Shown: positions 49,610 to 62,447, counted from the first letter of the stretch. The stretch: DNA of 64,000 nucleotides from Pseudomonadota bacterium (GCA_051746345.1 JBNJEZ010000009.1:4451-68450), one strand, 5' to 3'. Notes: a model not told the origin generated them from the letters alone. A program made the numbers and translations.

Positions 49610-51275
49610 ATTTGCTCACTTCGGATTTGACTACACGCGGTTCCGATTTGGTTTCCGAACCGGAATCGCTGCCTGCCTGTCATTAGTCATCGCCTGGGCT
49701 TTGGGTCTGGAGCATCCGCAATGGTCCGCTATGACCGTTTGGGCAGTATCTCAGCCAACACGCGGACTACTACTAGAAAAGGCCGCCTATCGAACACTAG
49801 GCACTCTTATCGGTACAGTGGTAGGCATGGTGCTGGTGGTTACCGCTGGCGATAACATTATAGCGCTCGCACTTGGACTTACTGTTTGGGTCGGACTATG
49901 TGTTTATGTTGGAAATCTGCTGCACGGGCTTATTTCCTACGGTGCTATTTTAGCAGGCTACTCTGCCGCAATGGTCGCACTGCTTACACGAACTCCCGAT
50001 GCCCTATTACCTCTTGGAATAGACCGTTTACTAACTGTATTTGTCGGGGTTATTACCGCGCTTTTTATTGGCTGGTTATTTACCTATAAAAAAGCAGAAC
50101 AAACATTGGTTAACCAGTTTAGACGGCAAACAGCTGAAAACCTAAAGCTATTAGCAAATGCATACCAATCCGGTTCTTTAAGGCAGCTGAATACTCATGA
50201 TCGTTTATCACAACTCGCACACCTGGAAGCTCAGCTCATCGAACACGGTACGGGTTCTCCGGCAGCTCACCTCTCAGCAAAAACCATCAGGCGTGTTCTG
50301 AATGCTCAAATGGGATTATTTGCCCAACTTGAGGCTAAAGGAATTATCCAGTCTCAAAAGATAAGTGAACACTTACATTCATGCTCCGAAGCTTTAGTCA
50401 AGAATCAAACCAAATCAATACGGTATAACCTTAAACAATCCCTCAAGGTATTTAATCACCAGCCAATGACAAGTTATTTTAGGGAGTTTGTCGAAGCCTC
50501 ACTAGCACGTCTTGAATTCAGGGATACCGGCACCACAGCACGCTCAGTTCGTGGCGTTTCAGTATTATTGCACCGTGACTGGCGTGGCGCCCGCCAAGCC
50601 GCTATCAGAACCATTATTGCAATGACCATTATTAGCGTTGTTTGGGGGTACACCGGCTGGTTTCAAATGGCGTACCTGCTGTTGGGAGCTTCGGTTATGC
50701 TGACCTTATTCTCAACTGGGGAAAACCCTGCAAAAACTATGTACTACGTCTTTTTAGGACAAACCGCCGGAGCCATTACAGCTCTGGCTATGCAAGCCTT
50801 AATCTGGCCCTATGCAGATTCGATATTGCTCATGCTGGTCTATCTGATGCCGATCATTTTACTGGCCGCATTTCCAATGTCTCACAATCGCACAGCACCC
50901 GGTGCTATGGACTTTAATTTCGTTTTCCTATTACTAATGCAGCCGGCATTGCAATACCAGTTTGAACCGATTCAGGCTATCACCATTGCGCTTGCAGTTA
51001 TTGCTGCACCACTTGTTGCGATGGTAAGTTATCGTCTAGTATTCCCTACTAACCTTCGCAGCCGCCAGCAGCAACTTATTATTTCCCTAGAACGAGACCT
51101 TAACGAACTGCAACGGCATCAACTTAGCGGAACAAAATTAACGCGTTATCGTGCACGGCTTTATCATCGTCTATTTAAGCTTTTCTTAATGGCCGATAAA
51201 TTGGGCGTCGATGCTAAAGTAACTGCAACACATTATTTATTCCGTGTACAACATCAGGTTAATCAACATGAATGA
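49590..51275 (+). CDS. FUSC family (aromatic acid exporter-like) membrane protein
   Basis: LGLEHPQWSAMTV..VSQP..G..LEK..YR..GTLIG; two hydrophobic blocks. Confidence 0.85.
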   Translation: MTPLNAKFAHFGFDYTRFRFGFRTGIAACLSLVIAWALGLEHPQWSAMTVWAVSQPTRGLLLEKAAYRTLGTLIGTVVGMVLVVTAGDNIIALALGLTVWVGLCVYVGNLLHGLISYGAILAGYSAAMVALLTRTPDALLPLGIDRLLTVFVGVITALFIGWLFTYKKAEQTLVNQFRRQTAENLKLLANAYQSGSLRQLNTHDRLSQLAHLEAQLIEHGTGSPAAHLSAKTIRRVLNAQMGLFAQLEAKGIIQSQKISEHLHSCSEALVKNQTKSIRYNLKQSLKVFNHQPMTSYFREFVEASLARLEFRDTGTTARSVRGVSVLLHRDWRGARQAAIRTIIAMTIISVVWGYTGWFQMAYLLLGASVMLTLFSTGENPAKTMYYVFLGQTAGAITALAMQALIWPYADSILLMLVYLMPIILLAAFPMSHNRTAPGAMDFNFVFLLLMQPALQYQFEPIQAITIALAVIAAPLVAMVSYRLVFPTNLRSRQQQLIISLERDLNELQRHQLSGTKLTRYRARLYHRLFKLFLMADKLGVDAKVTATHYLFRVQHQVNQHE

Positions 51276-51585
51276 CGAATGGGTTGTCGCGTATTACGCC
51301 AAAGATCCGATAGAAGCTGAATTGCTCAAAGGTCTATTAGAAAGCCAGTCAATTAATGCCCGAGTAAGCAGTAATGGAATGATTGGAGGGGTTGGTGAAC
51401 TTCCGGCGGACGCCATTGAAACATCAATTAAAGTAATGCCTGAAGATTACAACCAAGCGCGCCAAGTACTGGAGTCTTATGAAAAAGATGACAGTAAGGA
51501 GATACTCTGCCCTGACTGCGGAGAGACAAACTTTGCTAACTTCGAACTTTGCTGGTGTTGCGGTAAAGTGCTTGCTTCGCCTTAA
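51268..51585 (+). CDS. DUF2007-like protein with C-terminal zinc ribbon
   Basis: EAELLKGLLES, GELP, CPDCGETNFANFELCWCCG. Confidence 0.8.
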   Translation: MNDEWVVAYYAKDPIEAELLKGLLESQSINARVSSNGMIGGVGELPADAIETSIKVMPEDYNQARQVLESYEKDDSKEILCPDCGETNFANFELCWCCGKVLASP

Positions 51586-51799
51586 CGGGTAATCGCTTTA
51601 ATTGCCGTTCACGACTCGTCGCTGACGACCGGCTATCGTGTGACTCTTGGTAAACGACAGTAACCGGGCGTCGGCTTCGCGTATAACGAGCTCCACCGAC
51701 TAATTCACCATTGTGTTGCTTCACCCGCCTTTCCAGATCGGTGGTAATACCACAGTAGAGACTGCTATCGGCACATTTAACAAGATATACCTTCCACAT
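51536..51799 (-). CDS. Small GIY-YIG nuclease (YhbQ-like)
   Basis: WKVYLVKCADSSLYCGITTDLERRVKQHN, GARYTR..RP, RERQLK. Confidence 0.88.
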   Translation of the reverse strand: MWKVYLVKCADSSLYCGITTDLERRVKQHNGELVGGARYTRSRRPVTVVYQESHDSRSSATSRERQLKRLPVKAKQALYRNTSKVRS

Positions 51800-51873
51800 A
51801 CACCCGTCTTGAAACTTTATCGACATAACCCAAGTATAAAGATTAACACGCATTCACGCTTAGAGGAGCGATT

Positions 51874-52425
51874 ATGAGTCGACATTTCGACCAAGCCGAA
51901 GGTTTATCGGAACAGCATGACGACGAAACACATCATTACGTCTTTAATCAAACAATGATGCGTATTAAAGATCCCGCCCGGACCTTAAAATTCTACAGCG
52001 AAGTTTTAGGGATGACCCTGGTTAAGCGGCTGGACTTTCCAGAGATGGAGTTCTCGCTTTACTTTATGGCAGCACTTTCACCAGAACAACACAAGCAATG
52101 GTCTAGCGATGATGACCAGCGAATAAAGCAAACATTTTCCAGGCCAGCAATGCTTGAATTAACTCACAACTGGGGCGATGAAAAAGATGGCTCCGTCGAT
52201 TTTCACAGCGGTAATAATGAGCCTAAAGGGTTTGGTCATATCGGTTTTGCCGTGCCTGATATTGATGCCGCCTGTGAACGTTTTGATAAAATGGATGTTG
52301 AGTTTCAAAAACGTCCGCAAGACGGCAATATGAAAGGTATCGCCTTTATTAAAGATCCTGACGGCTACTGGATTGAGATATTCACCGCCGATAACATGCC
52401 GGGTCTACTCAGCAAGCATCTTTGA
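51874..52425 (+). CDS. gloA: Lactoylglutathione lyase (glyoxalase I)
   Basis: [36 protein letters not shown]. Confidence 0.93.
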   Translation: MSRHFDQAEGLSEQHDDETHHYVFNQTMMRIKDPARTLKFYSEVLGMTLVKRLDFPEMEFSLYFMAALSPEQHKQWSSDDDQRIKQTFSRPAMLELTHNWGDEKDGSVDFHSGNNEPKGFGHIGFAVPDIDAACERFDKMDVEFQKRPQDGNMKGIAFIKDPDGYWIEIFTADNMPGLLSKHL

Positions 52426-52908
52426 AACTTTTCCTTCAAGTGACTTCATACCATGTTGACGGCCAATTTCGAGTGCTTTCTCTTTCGATTGGCCGTCCAA
52501 CCATGCGGCTCGCAGGGCAAATAGAGCGCCCACTCGGTTAGCCGATGCACAATGCACCAATATCGTTTTACCAGTGTTCATTAACAACAACTTATCCAAT
52601 GCCCGGGCGTTGTCAAAGGTAACCCCTTTAGCCCCATCAACAGGTACATGATAGAAAGCCAGCTTGTTATTGGTCGTCCACTGAGTTTCAGCACTGCCCG
52701 CCATTTCTTCAACGGAAAGTAAACTAATAACAACCTCGCCGCCCTGCTCGGCAAAGTATTCAATATCTTGTTTGTGAGGTACACCCATAACCCAGATTCT
52801 ATCGGTTACCTGAGTTGGTTCCTCAATGCCCTTAGCCTGAGCTGGCATAGAACTACCAGCGGCAGAGACTATGACAAACGCTAATGTCCACATTAATGAT
52901 TTAAGCAT
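52405..52908 (-). CDS. Exported PTP-fold phosphatase/sulfurtransferase-like protein (DUF442-like)
   Basis: Signal peptide ending [12 protein letters not shown] (CX5R). Confidence 0.75.
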   Translation of the reverse strand: MLKSLMWTLAFVIVSAAGSSMPAQAKGIEEPTQVTDRIWVMGVPHKQDIEYFAEQGGEVVISLLSVEEMAGSAETQWTTNNKLAFYHVPVDGAKGVTFDNARALDKLLLMNTGKTILVHCASANRVGALFALRAAWLDGQSKEKALEIGRQHGMKSLEGKVSKMLAE

Positions 52909-52970
52909 GCTACTTCTCCTGTAAAATAAACCCAAGTATTCATATTTAAGCTTGAGACAGATTATCCATT

Positions 52971-53423
52971 ATGGCAACTATTCAAATACTCGTTGGCACC
53001 ACATCCGGAAATACGGAGTTCTTAGCGGACCACGTAGCGGACTTACTTAAACAACATAGTTTCGACGTCGAGCTACACTACGAACCTGATCTTAGTGTTA
53101 TTGACCAGACCCAGCCCTGGCTTATCTTTATAGCAAGTCATGGCGCCGGAGACTATGCCGACTCGATGCTCGATTTTCATCAACAGTTACTCGACAGCAC
53201 CAGTCTAAAAGCTTTTCCTTACAGCGTTATTGCCATCGGCGAGTCGTGCTACGACACCTATTGCGCAGCGGGTCGAGATATTGATCAACGTCTCGATAAA
53301 CTTGGTGCAAATCGCTTCAGCAATCGATTAGAAATCGATATGTTGCAAGATGATCCCGAAATTATGGTCGAAAACCAAATTTCTTTTTGGATCGAAAAAT
53401 TGCGATCATATACACAAAAATGA
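52971..53423 (+). CDS. mioC: Flavodoxin MioC
   Basis: VGTTSGNTE, SHGAGD, GESCYDTYC; adjacent to oriC. Confidence 0.88.
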   Translation: MATIQILVGTTSGNTEFLADHVADLLKQHSFDVELHYEPDLSVIDQTQPWLIFIASHGAGDYADSMLDFHQQLLDSTSLKAFPYSVIAIGESCYDTYCAAGRDIDQRLDKLGANRFSNRLEIDMLQDDPEIMVENQISFWIEKLRSYTQK

Positions 53424-53810
53424 TCATTAATTTCGGGCCTCTTAATGCAGATCATAGATCCTGTCCACCGACTTACGCACAGCCCTATTTGCTTGTGATT
53501 AGATCGGGTATAAGATCACTTAAGGGCTGTAGCCCGGCTGGGCATATCTGTGGGGATAACTATGGTTGTGTATAAACAGGGTAGTTATCCACTAGCTATG
53601 ATCCCAGTTTAAAGCCCGTTACTCACACCTTTTGATCGCTCTGTAAATCTTTGCTAATAAGGCTCGTAGCGATCTATACACAGAAAATCGAAAGCTAATA
53701 GAAGTAATAATAGAAGATCTATAAAGATCTTAAACTGATCTTTCTTAGATCTTTAAACAACAATCTCTTCGTTTAAATCATTGGCTAAAAAATAACCTTT
53801 TCGATCTGAG
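53424..53810. other. Chromosomal replication origin oriC
   Basis: mioC-mnmG intergenic; about 15 GATC within ~420 bp; DnaA boxes at 53551, 53567, 53585, 53674; IHF-like site 53644-53656; AT-rich GATCT repeats 53716-53760. Confidence 0.9.
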
Positions 53811-53869
53811 TCAATTCGCGTTAAAATGCCCGGCTCGATTACACGTTTTAACCTAAAGGTCTATTGTTA

Positions 53870-55765
53870 ATGCCACGCACCAGTTCCCAACAGTTTGATG
53901 TCATCGTTGTCGGAGGCGGCCATGCAGGTACCGAAGCGGCTCTTGCAGCAGCCCGAATGGGAAGCCGTACGTTATTGTTAACTCACAACATCGATACTTT
54001 AGGTCAAATGTCCTGCAACCCAGCCATTGGTGGCATCGGTAAAGGTCATCTGGTAAAAGAAATAGACGCGTTGGGCGGCGTAATGGCTAAAGCTGCTGAC
54101 CGAGCTGGTATTCAATTTAGAACCCTTAACTCCTCGAAAGGACCAGCAGTAAGAGCAACTCGCGCACAAGCAGACAGACAACTCTATAAACAAGCAATTC
54201 GATATGCGCTCGAAACTCAACCAAACTTGACCTTATTTCAGCAAGGCTGTGATGATCTGATCGTCGAAAACGATCGAATTTGCGGTGTTGTTTCGCAAAT
54301 GGGTTTGAGTTTTTACGCTGACAGCGTCGTCTTAACCGTAGGTACCTTCCTTGGCGGACAGATCCATATTGGTTTAGACAATTACCAAGGTGGTCGCGCT
54401 GGCGACCCACCTGCAAATGCACTGGCTAAACGGCTTAGAGCTTTACCATTGCGTGTGGAACGCTTAAAAACCGGCACCCCGCCACGTATAGCCAGCCGGT
54501 CAATAGATTTCTCCGGAATGCAGGAGCAGCCTGGCGATAACCCGACGCCAGTATTTTCCTATATGGGATCTCGCGCCGATCACCCACAGCAGATTTCGTG
54601 TTACATCACACATACCAATCAACAAACTCACGATATTATTCGCTCAGGGTTGGATCGCTCGCCAATGTATTCAGGCGTTATTGGTGGTGTTGGACCAAGA
54701 TATTGTCCCTCGATAGAGGATAAAATTGTACGCTTTGAAGATAAAAGCTCTCATCAAATATTTGTCGAGCCAGAAGGGCTTGATACCTTTGAAGTGTATC
54801 CAAACGGTATATCAACCAGTTTACCTTTTGATATTCAGGAACAATTAGTTCGTTCGATTAAAGGTTTTGAAAATGCCGTTATAACCAGACCTGGATATGC
54901 CATCGAATATGATTACTTTGATCCTCGTGATCTGAAACAGTCACTAGAGACCAAAGTTATTGAGGGATTGTTTTTTGCCGGACAAATTAACGGCACGACT
55001 GGCTATGAAGAAGCAGGTGCTCAAGGCTTAATTGCTGGCCTCAACGCTTCATTAAAAGCTCAAGGTAAAGACAGTTGGTCACCGAGACGGGATCAAGCTT
55101 ATGCCGGCGTGTTAATCGATGACTTATCAACTCTGGGTACTCAAGAACCCTACCGTATGTTCACCTCCCGTGCTGAATATCGGCTGTTGCTAAGAGAAGA
55201 TAACGCAGATATTCGATTGACCGAAAAAGGTCGTGAACTGGGACTAGTTGATGACCAACGTTGGGCCGCATTTAACCAAAAGATGGAATCGATAGAGCAA
55301 GAAAAGCAACGCCTAAAAACCACTTGGGTGCATAAGGACCATGAAGCTGTGGGCAGCATTAATGCCCTGGTAAAAAGTCCTATTACCAAAGAAGTTAGTG
55401 GTGAAGAGTTATTACGTAGACCTGAAATTCACTATCAGGAGCTGGTAAAAACACCGTTTTTTGAACCAGGCCTGAACGATCCTGCAGCAGCGGAACAGGT
55501 TGAAATTCAGACCAAATATGCCGGTTATATTTCGCGACAGCAAGACGAAATAGCAAAACAACAGCGGCATGAAAATACACTGCTGCCTGCAGGATTCGAT
55601 TACGCAGGTATTAAAGGTTTATCCAACGAAGTTATTGCTAAGCTTAATGACCATCAACCAGAAACAGTTGGCAAAGCGGCTCGTATTTCCGGCATTACTC
55701 CGGCGGCAATTTCAATGTTGTTGGTTCATCTTAAAAAACAAGGGTTGTTGCGTAAAAGCGCGTAA
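53870..55765 (+). CDS. mnmG: tRNA uridine-5-carboxymethylaminomethyl modification enzyme
   Basis: [38 protein letters not shown]. Confidence 0.99.
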   Translation: MPRTSSQQFDVIVVGGGHAGTEAALAAARMGSRTLLLTHNIDTLGQMSCNPAIGGIGKGHLVKEIDALGGVMAKAADRAGIQFRTLNSSKGPAVRATRAQADRQLYKQAIRYALETQPNLTLFQQGCDDLIVENDRICGVVSQMGLSFYADSVVLTVGTFLGGQIHIGLDNYQGGRAGDPPANALAKRLRALPLRVERLKTGTPPRIASRSIDFSGMQEQPGDNPTPVFSYMGSRADHPQQISCYITHTNQQTHDIIRSGLDRSPMYSGVIGGVGPRYCPSIEDKIVRFEDKSSHQIFVEPEGLDTFEVYPNGISTSLPFDIQEQLVRSIKGFENAVITRPGYAIEYDYFDPRDLKQSLETKVIEGLFFAGQINGTTGYEEAGAQGLIAGLNASLKAQGKDSWSPRRDQAYAGVLIDDLSTLGTQEPYRMFTSRAEYRLLLREDNADIRLTEKGRELGLVDDQRWAAFNQKMESIEQEKQRLKTTWVHKDHEAVGSINALVKSPITKEVSGEELLRRPEIHYQELVKTPFFEPGLNDPAAAEQVEIQTKYAGYISRQQDEIAKQQRHENTLLPAGFDYAGIKGLSNEVIAKLNDHQPETVGKAARISGITPAAISMLLVHLKKQGLLRKSA

Positions 55766-55774
55766 GGGTTTGTT

Positions 55775-56410
55775 TTGAAAACGGAATTGAAAAAGCTCAT
55801 CGAGCAAACAAGATCTGATCATTTAATTGCATTAAACGATCAACAGTTAGACAAACTGACGGCCCTGGTTGAACAGCTGCACAAATGGAATAAAGCGTAC
55901 AATCTAACCAGTGTCCGTGATCCTAAAGATATGTTGAGCAAACATATCGTGGACAGCTTGGTGATAGCGCCTTATTTAACAGGTAATACTTTCATTGATG
56001 TCGGCACTGGTCCGGGCTTGCCAGGCTTACCTTTAGCCATTGCAGAACCCGATAAGTCGTTTGTATTGCTCGACAGTCTGGGCAAACGCATTCGTTTTAT
56101 CCGCCAAGTGTGCCATCAGCTCAATATAGACAATGTAACTGCTGTGCAAAGCAGAGTTGAAGACTACCGACAACAGGATTTTTCCTTTGATGGTGTGTTA
56201 AGTAGAGCCTTCGCCTCACTTAATGATATGCTCAGCTGGTGTCAGCATTTACCAAAAGCTGACGGCAAGTTTTATGCGCTTAAGGGACAATACCCGCAGC
56301 AAGAACTGGACGAATTATCTCAACAGTATAAGATTGACCAGATAGAAAAGTTACAGGTACCCGGTGTCGATGGCGAACGACACATTGTGATTATATCGCC
56401 AGCGCATTAA
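55775..56410 (+). CDS. rsmG: 16S rRNA m7G527 methyltransferase
   Basis: [25 protein letters not shown]. Confidence 0.97.
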   Translation: MKTELKKLIEQTRSDHLIALNDQQLDKLTALVEQLHKWNKAYNLTSVRDPKDMLSKHIVDSLVIAPYLTGNTFIDVGTGPGLPGLPLAIAEPDKSFVLLDSLGKRIRFIRQVCHQLNIDNVTAVQSRVEDYRQQDFSFDGVLSRAFASLNDMLSWCQHLPKADGKFYALKGQYPQQELDELSQQYKIDQIEKLQVPGVDGERHIVIISPAH

Positions 56411-56441
56411 CACCCGTATAACGATAAGAGGTTAAACACCC

Positions 56442-57233
56442 GTGGCCACTACCATTGCGATAGCGAACCAAAAAGGCGGTGTCGGCAAAACCACCACAGC
56501 AGTAAATTTAGCAGCCTCAATGGCTGCCACACGCCGAAAAGTCTTGTTAATAGACCTCGACCCGCAAGGCAATGCCACTATGGGCAGTGGTGTTGATAAG
56601 TACGACGTAGATAATACGGTTTACGAATTACTGGTCGAAGAGAAACCGGTTAAAGATGTGGTGGAAAGTGATACTACTGGTAAATACCATTTAATCGCCG
56701 CGAATTCCGATGTAACGGCAGCAGAAATTAAATTGATGGAATTTTTTGCTCGAGAAGTACGCTTGCGTAATTCATTAAAAGCGGTTCAGGATGACTACGA
56801 TTTTATATTTATTGATTGCCCTCCATCGTTAAACTTATTGACTGTTAATGCTATGGCTGCTGCCGATTCGGTGCTAGTTCCCATGCAGTGCGAGTATTAT
56901 GCGTTAGAGGGCTTAACCGCTCTAATGGAAACCATTCGCCAACTGGCTGAAGTCGTCAATCCAGGGCTTTCAATTGAAGGTATTTTGCGAACCATGTACG
57001 ATCCTCGTAATCGTCTGGCTAATGATGTCTCTGAGCAATTAAAACAGCATTTTGGTGATAAAGTTTACCGTACGGTCATCCCCCGCAATGTACGTTTAGC
57101 TGAAGCGCCGTCGTTCGGTGCCCCTGCCATGTACTATGATAAATCATCGACAGGAGCTAAAGCATACCTATCTCTGGCCGGCGAATTAATTCGTCGTTCT
57201 GAACAACGGGCTAGTGCCGAAGTAAGCTCTTAA
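56442..57233 (+). CDS. parA: Chromosome partitioning ATPase ParA/Soj
   Basis: NQKGGVGKTT, DLDPQGN, DCPP, QCEYYALEG. Confidence 0.97.
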   Translation: MATTIAIANQKGGVGKTTTAVNLAASMAATRRKVLLIDLDPQGNATMGSGVDKYDVDNTVYELLVEEKPVKDVVESDTTGKYHLIAANSDVTAAEIKLMEFFAREVRLRNSLKAVQDDYDFIFIDCPPSLNLLTVNAMAAADSVLVPMQCEYYALEGLTALMETIRQLAEVVNPGLSIEGILRTMYDPRNRLANDVSEQLKQHFGDKVYRTVIPRNVRLAEAPSFGAPAMYYDKSSTGAKAYLSLAGELIRRSEQRASAEVSS

Positions 57234-57264
57234 CGGGTTATTAAAATAAGGAAATAGACAACTT

Positions 57265-58155
57265 ATGTCGGCAAAAAAACGAGGTTTAGGGCGTGGGCTA
57301 GATGCCTTGCTAACTAACAATAATGCGAGCCAACAAAAACAATCCCAGCAGACATCTGAAGAAATAACAGATGCGGTTGTTAAAGGCGAACTGCAAAAAT
57401 TGCCAATAGAGAGTTTAAAGCCGGGCCGTTATCAACCTCGTAAAGATATGTCGCCTGAGGCATTGGAAGATCTTGCCGCATCGGTAAAAGCTCAAGGGAT
57501 TATTCAGCCCATCGTAGTGCGTCCGGTTAGTGACGGCGAATATGAAATTATTGCTGGTGAACGTCGTTGGCGAGCCGCTCAATTAGCCAAGCTTGAGTTA
57601 GTTCCTTGTTTAATCAAAGACGTTACCGATGAAGCTGCTGTTGCCATTGCGTTAATTGAAAATATTCAGCGCGAAGATTTGAATGCAATGGAAGAAGCAA
57701 ACGCTCTACAACGGTTGTTGGACGAATTTAAAATGACCCATCAGGACGTTGCTCAGGCAGTGGGTAAATCGCGTACTACGGTAACCAATTTACTACGGCT
57801 GAATAACCTTGAATCAGGCGTAAAAACCTTACTTGAACGCGGCGACATAGACTTAGGCCACGCTAAATTGTTATTGGCACTACAGGGTGAGCAACAAACC
57901 GATGTAGCACAACAAATTGTTGCTAAAGACTTAACAGTGCGCGAGTCTGAAAAATTAGTTCGCAAAACATTAGAACCCCCAAAACCGACCGAAAAACCAG
58001 AGCCTGATGCTGATATTGAGCGACTTCAAACACAACTGTCAGAAACGCTCGGTGCTAAAGTAGCGATCAACCACGGTCGTACCGGTAAAGGTAAAGTTGT
58101 TATTAATTACACTAATTTAGATGAGCTCGATGGCATTCTTTCTCATATAAAATAA
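57265..58155 (+). CDS. parB: Chromosome partitioning protein ParB
   Basis: GLGRGLDAL, AGERRWRA, ENIQREDL, HTH GKSRTTVTNLLRL. Confidence 0.97.
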   Translation: MSAKKRGLGRGLDALLTNNNASQQKQSQQTSEEITDAVVKGELQKLPIESLKPGRYQPRKDMSPEALEDLAASVKAQGIIQPIVVRPVSDGEYEIIAGERRWRAAQLAKLELVPCLIKDVTDEAAVAIALIENIQREDLNAMEEANALQRLLDEFKMTHQDVAQAVGKSRTTVTNLLRLNNLESGVKTLLERGDIDLGHAKLLLALQGEQQTDVAQQIVAKDLTVRESEKLVRKTLEPPKPTEKPEPDADIERLQTQLSETLGAKVAINHGRTGKGKVVINYTNLDELDGILSHIK

Positions 58156-58324
58156 CAGCTTTAGCTTAGTCTCTGCGTCACTTGTAGAACTTTTGTTAAA
58201 TAGCATTGAAACCATAGCCTGTAGCCAAATTTGTTTGCAATTAATCGGCAGATCTTTATACTAGCGCGAGTTTCATACTGACTGCTAAATAGTGAGTCAG
58301 ATGGTAGGCCAACGACCGAGGGTA

Positions 58325-58717
58325 ATGTCAGTGTCTCAGTCAATGACCAGAGCAGGTAGACAGCTAGCTCTAAAAACAATTTCAGGTCAGTTGGTTATCG
58401 TTGCTCTGCTAACTTTAATAGTAGCATTGAGCTTAAGTGGAAAAGCAGCCATCGCGTGTTTTGTTGGTGGGTTGGCTGCTGTTGTTCCCAATACCTTGTT
58501 TGCCGTTATTGCGTTTTTACACGCAGGGGCTAGAGCAAACCAGAAGGTTGTGAAAAGTTTTTTTGTTGGAGAAGGTGTTAAATTATTACTCACGGCAGTA
58601 TTAATTAGTGCTCTTTTCCTAGCAACAGATTTAAATCCAATGTGGTTACTAACAGGCTTTGTTGCTGCCGTTTTAGCACAGTGGATTGCGCCAATTTTAT
58701 TTTTAAAATCAACGTAA
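58325..58717 (+). CDS. atpI: ATP synthase protein I
   Basis: Hydrophobic, VVPNTLFA, FFVGEGVK; first gene of the atp operon; start uncertain. Confidence 0.85.
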   Translation: MSVSQSMTRAGRQLALKTISGQLVIVALLTLIVALSLSGKAAIACFVGGLAAVVPNTLFAVIAFLHAGARANQKVVKSFFVGEGVKLLLTAVLISALFLATDLNPMWLLTGFVAAVLAQWIAPILFLKST

Positions 58718-59527
<810 letters not shown>

Positions 59528-59553
59528 GTTTTAGTTTTATTTTTTAACTTTAA

Positions 59554-59832
<279 letters not shown>

Positions 59833-59869
59833 GCGCGATTCGACGGTCACCAGATAAAGGAGGTCCGTT

Positions 59870-60340
59870 GTGGATTTAAACGCAACTATAATTGGACAAA
59901 CGATCGCGTTCATCGTGTTCGTGTGGTTCTGCATGAAATTTGTGTGGCCACCGATCATCAATGCCATCGAAGAACGTCAGAAGAAAATTGCTGACGGGTT
60001 AAATGCGGGCGAGCGCGCTCAAAAAGACTTAGAGAAAGCCCAGCAAGAAATTGCTGAGCAGCTCAAAGAAGCTAAACAGCAGTCTGCTGAAATCATTGAA
60101 CAGGCGAAAAAACGTGGTGCCAAAATTGTTGAGGAAGAAACTCAACGCGGCCACGAGGAACGTGAAAAAATCGTTGCGTCTGGTCATGAGGAAGTTACTG
60201 CTGAGCGCAACCGTGCTCGTGAAGAACTGCGTAAACAAGTTGCGGTACTTGCCGTAACTGGTGCGCAAAAAATCATTGAGCGCGAAGTTGATAAAGACGC
60301 TCATAGCGACATCGTTGAAAAACTGGTCGCTGAACTTTAA
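59870..60340 (+). CDS. atpF: ATP synthase F0 subunit b
   Basis: [23 protein letters not shown] plus coiled coil. Confidence 0.98.
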   Translation: MDLNATIIGQTIAFIVFVWFCMKFVWPPIINAIEERQKKIADGLNAGERAQKDLEKAQQEIAEQLKEAKQQSAEIIEQAKKRGAKIVEEETQRGHEEREKIVASGHEEVTAERNRAREELRKQVAVLAVTGAQKIIEREVDKDAHSDIVEKLVAEL

Positions 60341-60357
60341 TTAAGGGGTTAGAGCTT

Positions 60358-60891
60358 ATGTCAGAACTGACTACGGTCGCTCGCCCTTACGCAAAAGCAG
60401 CTTTTGATTTTGCTTTAGAACAGGGAGCGCTCGATAAGTGGGCCGATATGCTCGAATTTGCCGCTGTGGTGGCAAAAGACGAGACCATGGCATCGTTTTT
60501 GAGCAGCTCCTCGACTGTTGAAAAAACATCTGAAGTTTTTATTGGCGTCTGTGGTGAAGAGCTAGACAAAAATGCAGAAAACTTTATTAAGGTGTTGGCG
60601 GAAAACCAACGTTTACCCGCTTTATCAGCAGTTAGTGAGCTTTATCGGACATTCCGTGCTGACTACGAAAAAGAAGTTGTTGTTGATGTGAAGTCGGCAG
60701 TAAAACTGCTGAAAGCACAACAAACAGCATTGAGTAAAGCATTGGAAAAGCGTCTGCAACGCAAAATTAAGCTGAACTGCAGTGTCGATAAGTCCATTCT
60801 CGGTGGACTGGTTATTGAAGCAGGTGACACCGTGATAGATGGCACCTTGCGCGGCAAGTTGGATAGACTTGCCTACGCACTGCAATCCTAA
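60358..60891 (+). CDS. atpH: ATP synthase F1 delta subunit
   Basis: [19 protein letters not shown]. Confidence 0.98.
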   Translation: MSELTTVARPYAKAAFDFALEQGALDKWADMLEFAAVVAKDETMASFLSSSSTVEKTSEVFIGVCGEELDKNAENFIKVLAENQRLPALSAVSELYRTFRADYEKEVVVDVKSAVKLLKAQQTALSKALEKRLQRKIKLNCSVDKSILGGLVIEAGDTVIDGTLRGKLDRLAYALQS

Positions 60892-60905
60892 TTGGGGACT
60901 TGAGC

Positions 60906-62447
60906 ATGCAATTGAATTCAAATGAAATCGCAGAACTGATCAAACAGCGAATTGAGAAGTTCGAAGTCACCAGCGAAGCTCGTAACGAAGGTACCATCAT
61001 GTCTGTGCAAGACGGTATCATTCGCATTCACGGACTTGCAGACTGTCTGCAAGGTGAAATGGTTGAGCTGCCTGGTAATCGTTACGCTATCGCACTGAAC
61101 CTTGAACGTGATTCAGTTGGTGCGGTTGTTATGGGTCCTTATGCAGATTTGCAGGAAGGAACCAAAGTAAAATCGACTGGCCGTATCCTTGAGGTACCGG
61201 TTGGTGAAAAGCTTTTAGGTCGTGTTGTTAACACATTGGGTCAGCCTATTGATGGTAAAGGTCCAATCGAAGCAGACGGCTATGAGCCTGTTGAAAAAAT
61301 CGCCCCTGGTGTTATCGAACGTCAATCCGTTGATCAGCCTGTACAAACTGGCTACAAATCAATTGACTCGATGATTCCAGTTGGTCGTGGTCAGCGTGAG
61401 CTTATCATCGGTGACCGTCAGACCGGTAAAACAGCTTTAGCCGTGGACGCTATTATTAACCAGAAAGATTCTGGTATTAAGTGTGTTTACGTTGCAATTG
61501 GTCAGAAAAACTCAACCATCTCTGCAGTAGTGCGCAAGCTAGAAGAACACGGCGCATTGGAAAACACTATTGTAGTAGCTGCATCTGCTTCAGAATCTGC
61601 AGCGTTACAATATTTGTCCGCTTATTCTGGCTGTACTATGGGTGAATACTTCCGTGACCGTGGTGAAGACTCGTTAATTGTATATGATGACTTGTCTAAG
61701 CAGGCTGTTGCCTATCGTCAGATTTCACTGTTGTTGCGTCGTCCACCGGGTCGTGAAGCATTCCCTGGTGACGTTTTCTACCTTCACTCTCGTTTGCTTG
61801 AGCGTGCAGCGCGTGTTAACGCCGACTACGTAGAAAAGTTCACTGACGGTAAAGTGAAAGGTCAGACTGGTTCTTTAACAGCCTTACCTATCATTGAAAC
61901 TCAGGCAGGTGACGTATCGGCATTCGTACCGACTAACGTTATCTCAATCACCGATGGTCAGATCTTCCTTGAAACTGACTTGTTTAACTCAGGTATTCGT
62001 CCTGCGGTTAACGCGGGTGTTTCGGTTTCACGTGTTGGTGGTTCAGCACAAACCAAAATCATCAAGAAATTGGGTGGCGGTATCCGTCTTGCTCTTGCTC
62101 AGTACCGTGAATTGGCGGCATTCGCGCAGTTCGCATCTGACCTTGATGAATCGACTCGTTCACAGTTGGAACACGGTCAGCGTGTTACCGAACTGATGAA
62201 ACAGAAACAGTACAAGCCTATGAGCGTGTCTCAGATGGCTGTATCAATTTACGCCGTTGAAAAAGGCTTCTTGAAAGACGTTGAAATCGACAAAATCATG
62301 GATTTTGAAGAATCACTACAGTCTTTCATGGCGAGCGAATACGCCGAGCTAATGGCTGAGATTGATAAAACTGGCAACTATAACGACGACATCGATGCGC
62401 AATTGAAAGCTGCGCTTGAGAAATTCAAGCAAACGCAATCATGGTAA
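60906..62447 (+). CDS. atpA: ATP synthase F1 alpha subunit
   Basis: [29 protein letters not shown]. Confidence 0.99.
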   Translation: MQLNSNEIAELIKQRIEKFEVTSEARNEGTIMSVQDGIIRIHGLADCLQGEMVELPGNRYAIALNLERDSVGAVVMGPYADLQEGTKVKSTGRILEVPVGEKLLGRVVNTLGQPIDGKGPIEADGYEPVEKIAPGVIERQSVDQPVQTGYKSIDSMIPVGRGQRELIIGDRQTGKTALAVDAIINQKDSGIKCVYVAIGQKNSTISAVVRKLEEHGALENTIVVAASASESAALQYLSAYSGCTMGEYFRDRGEDSLIVYDDLSKQAVAYRQISLLLRRPPGREAFPGDVFYLHSRLLERAARVNADYVEKFTDGKVKGQTGSLTALPIIETQAGDVSAFVPTNVISITDGQIFLETDLFNSGIRPAVNAGVSVSRVGGSAQTKIIKKLGGGIRLALAQYRELAAFAQFASDLDESTRSQLEHGQRVTELMKQKQYKPMSVSQMAVSIYAVEKGFLKDVEIDKIMDFEESLQSFMASEYAELMAEIDKTGNYNDDIDAQLKAALEKFKQTQSW

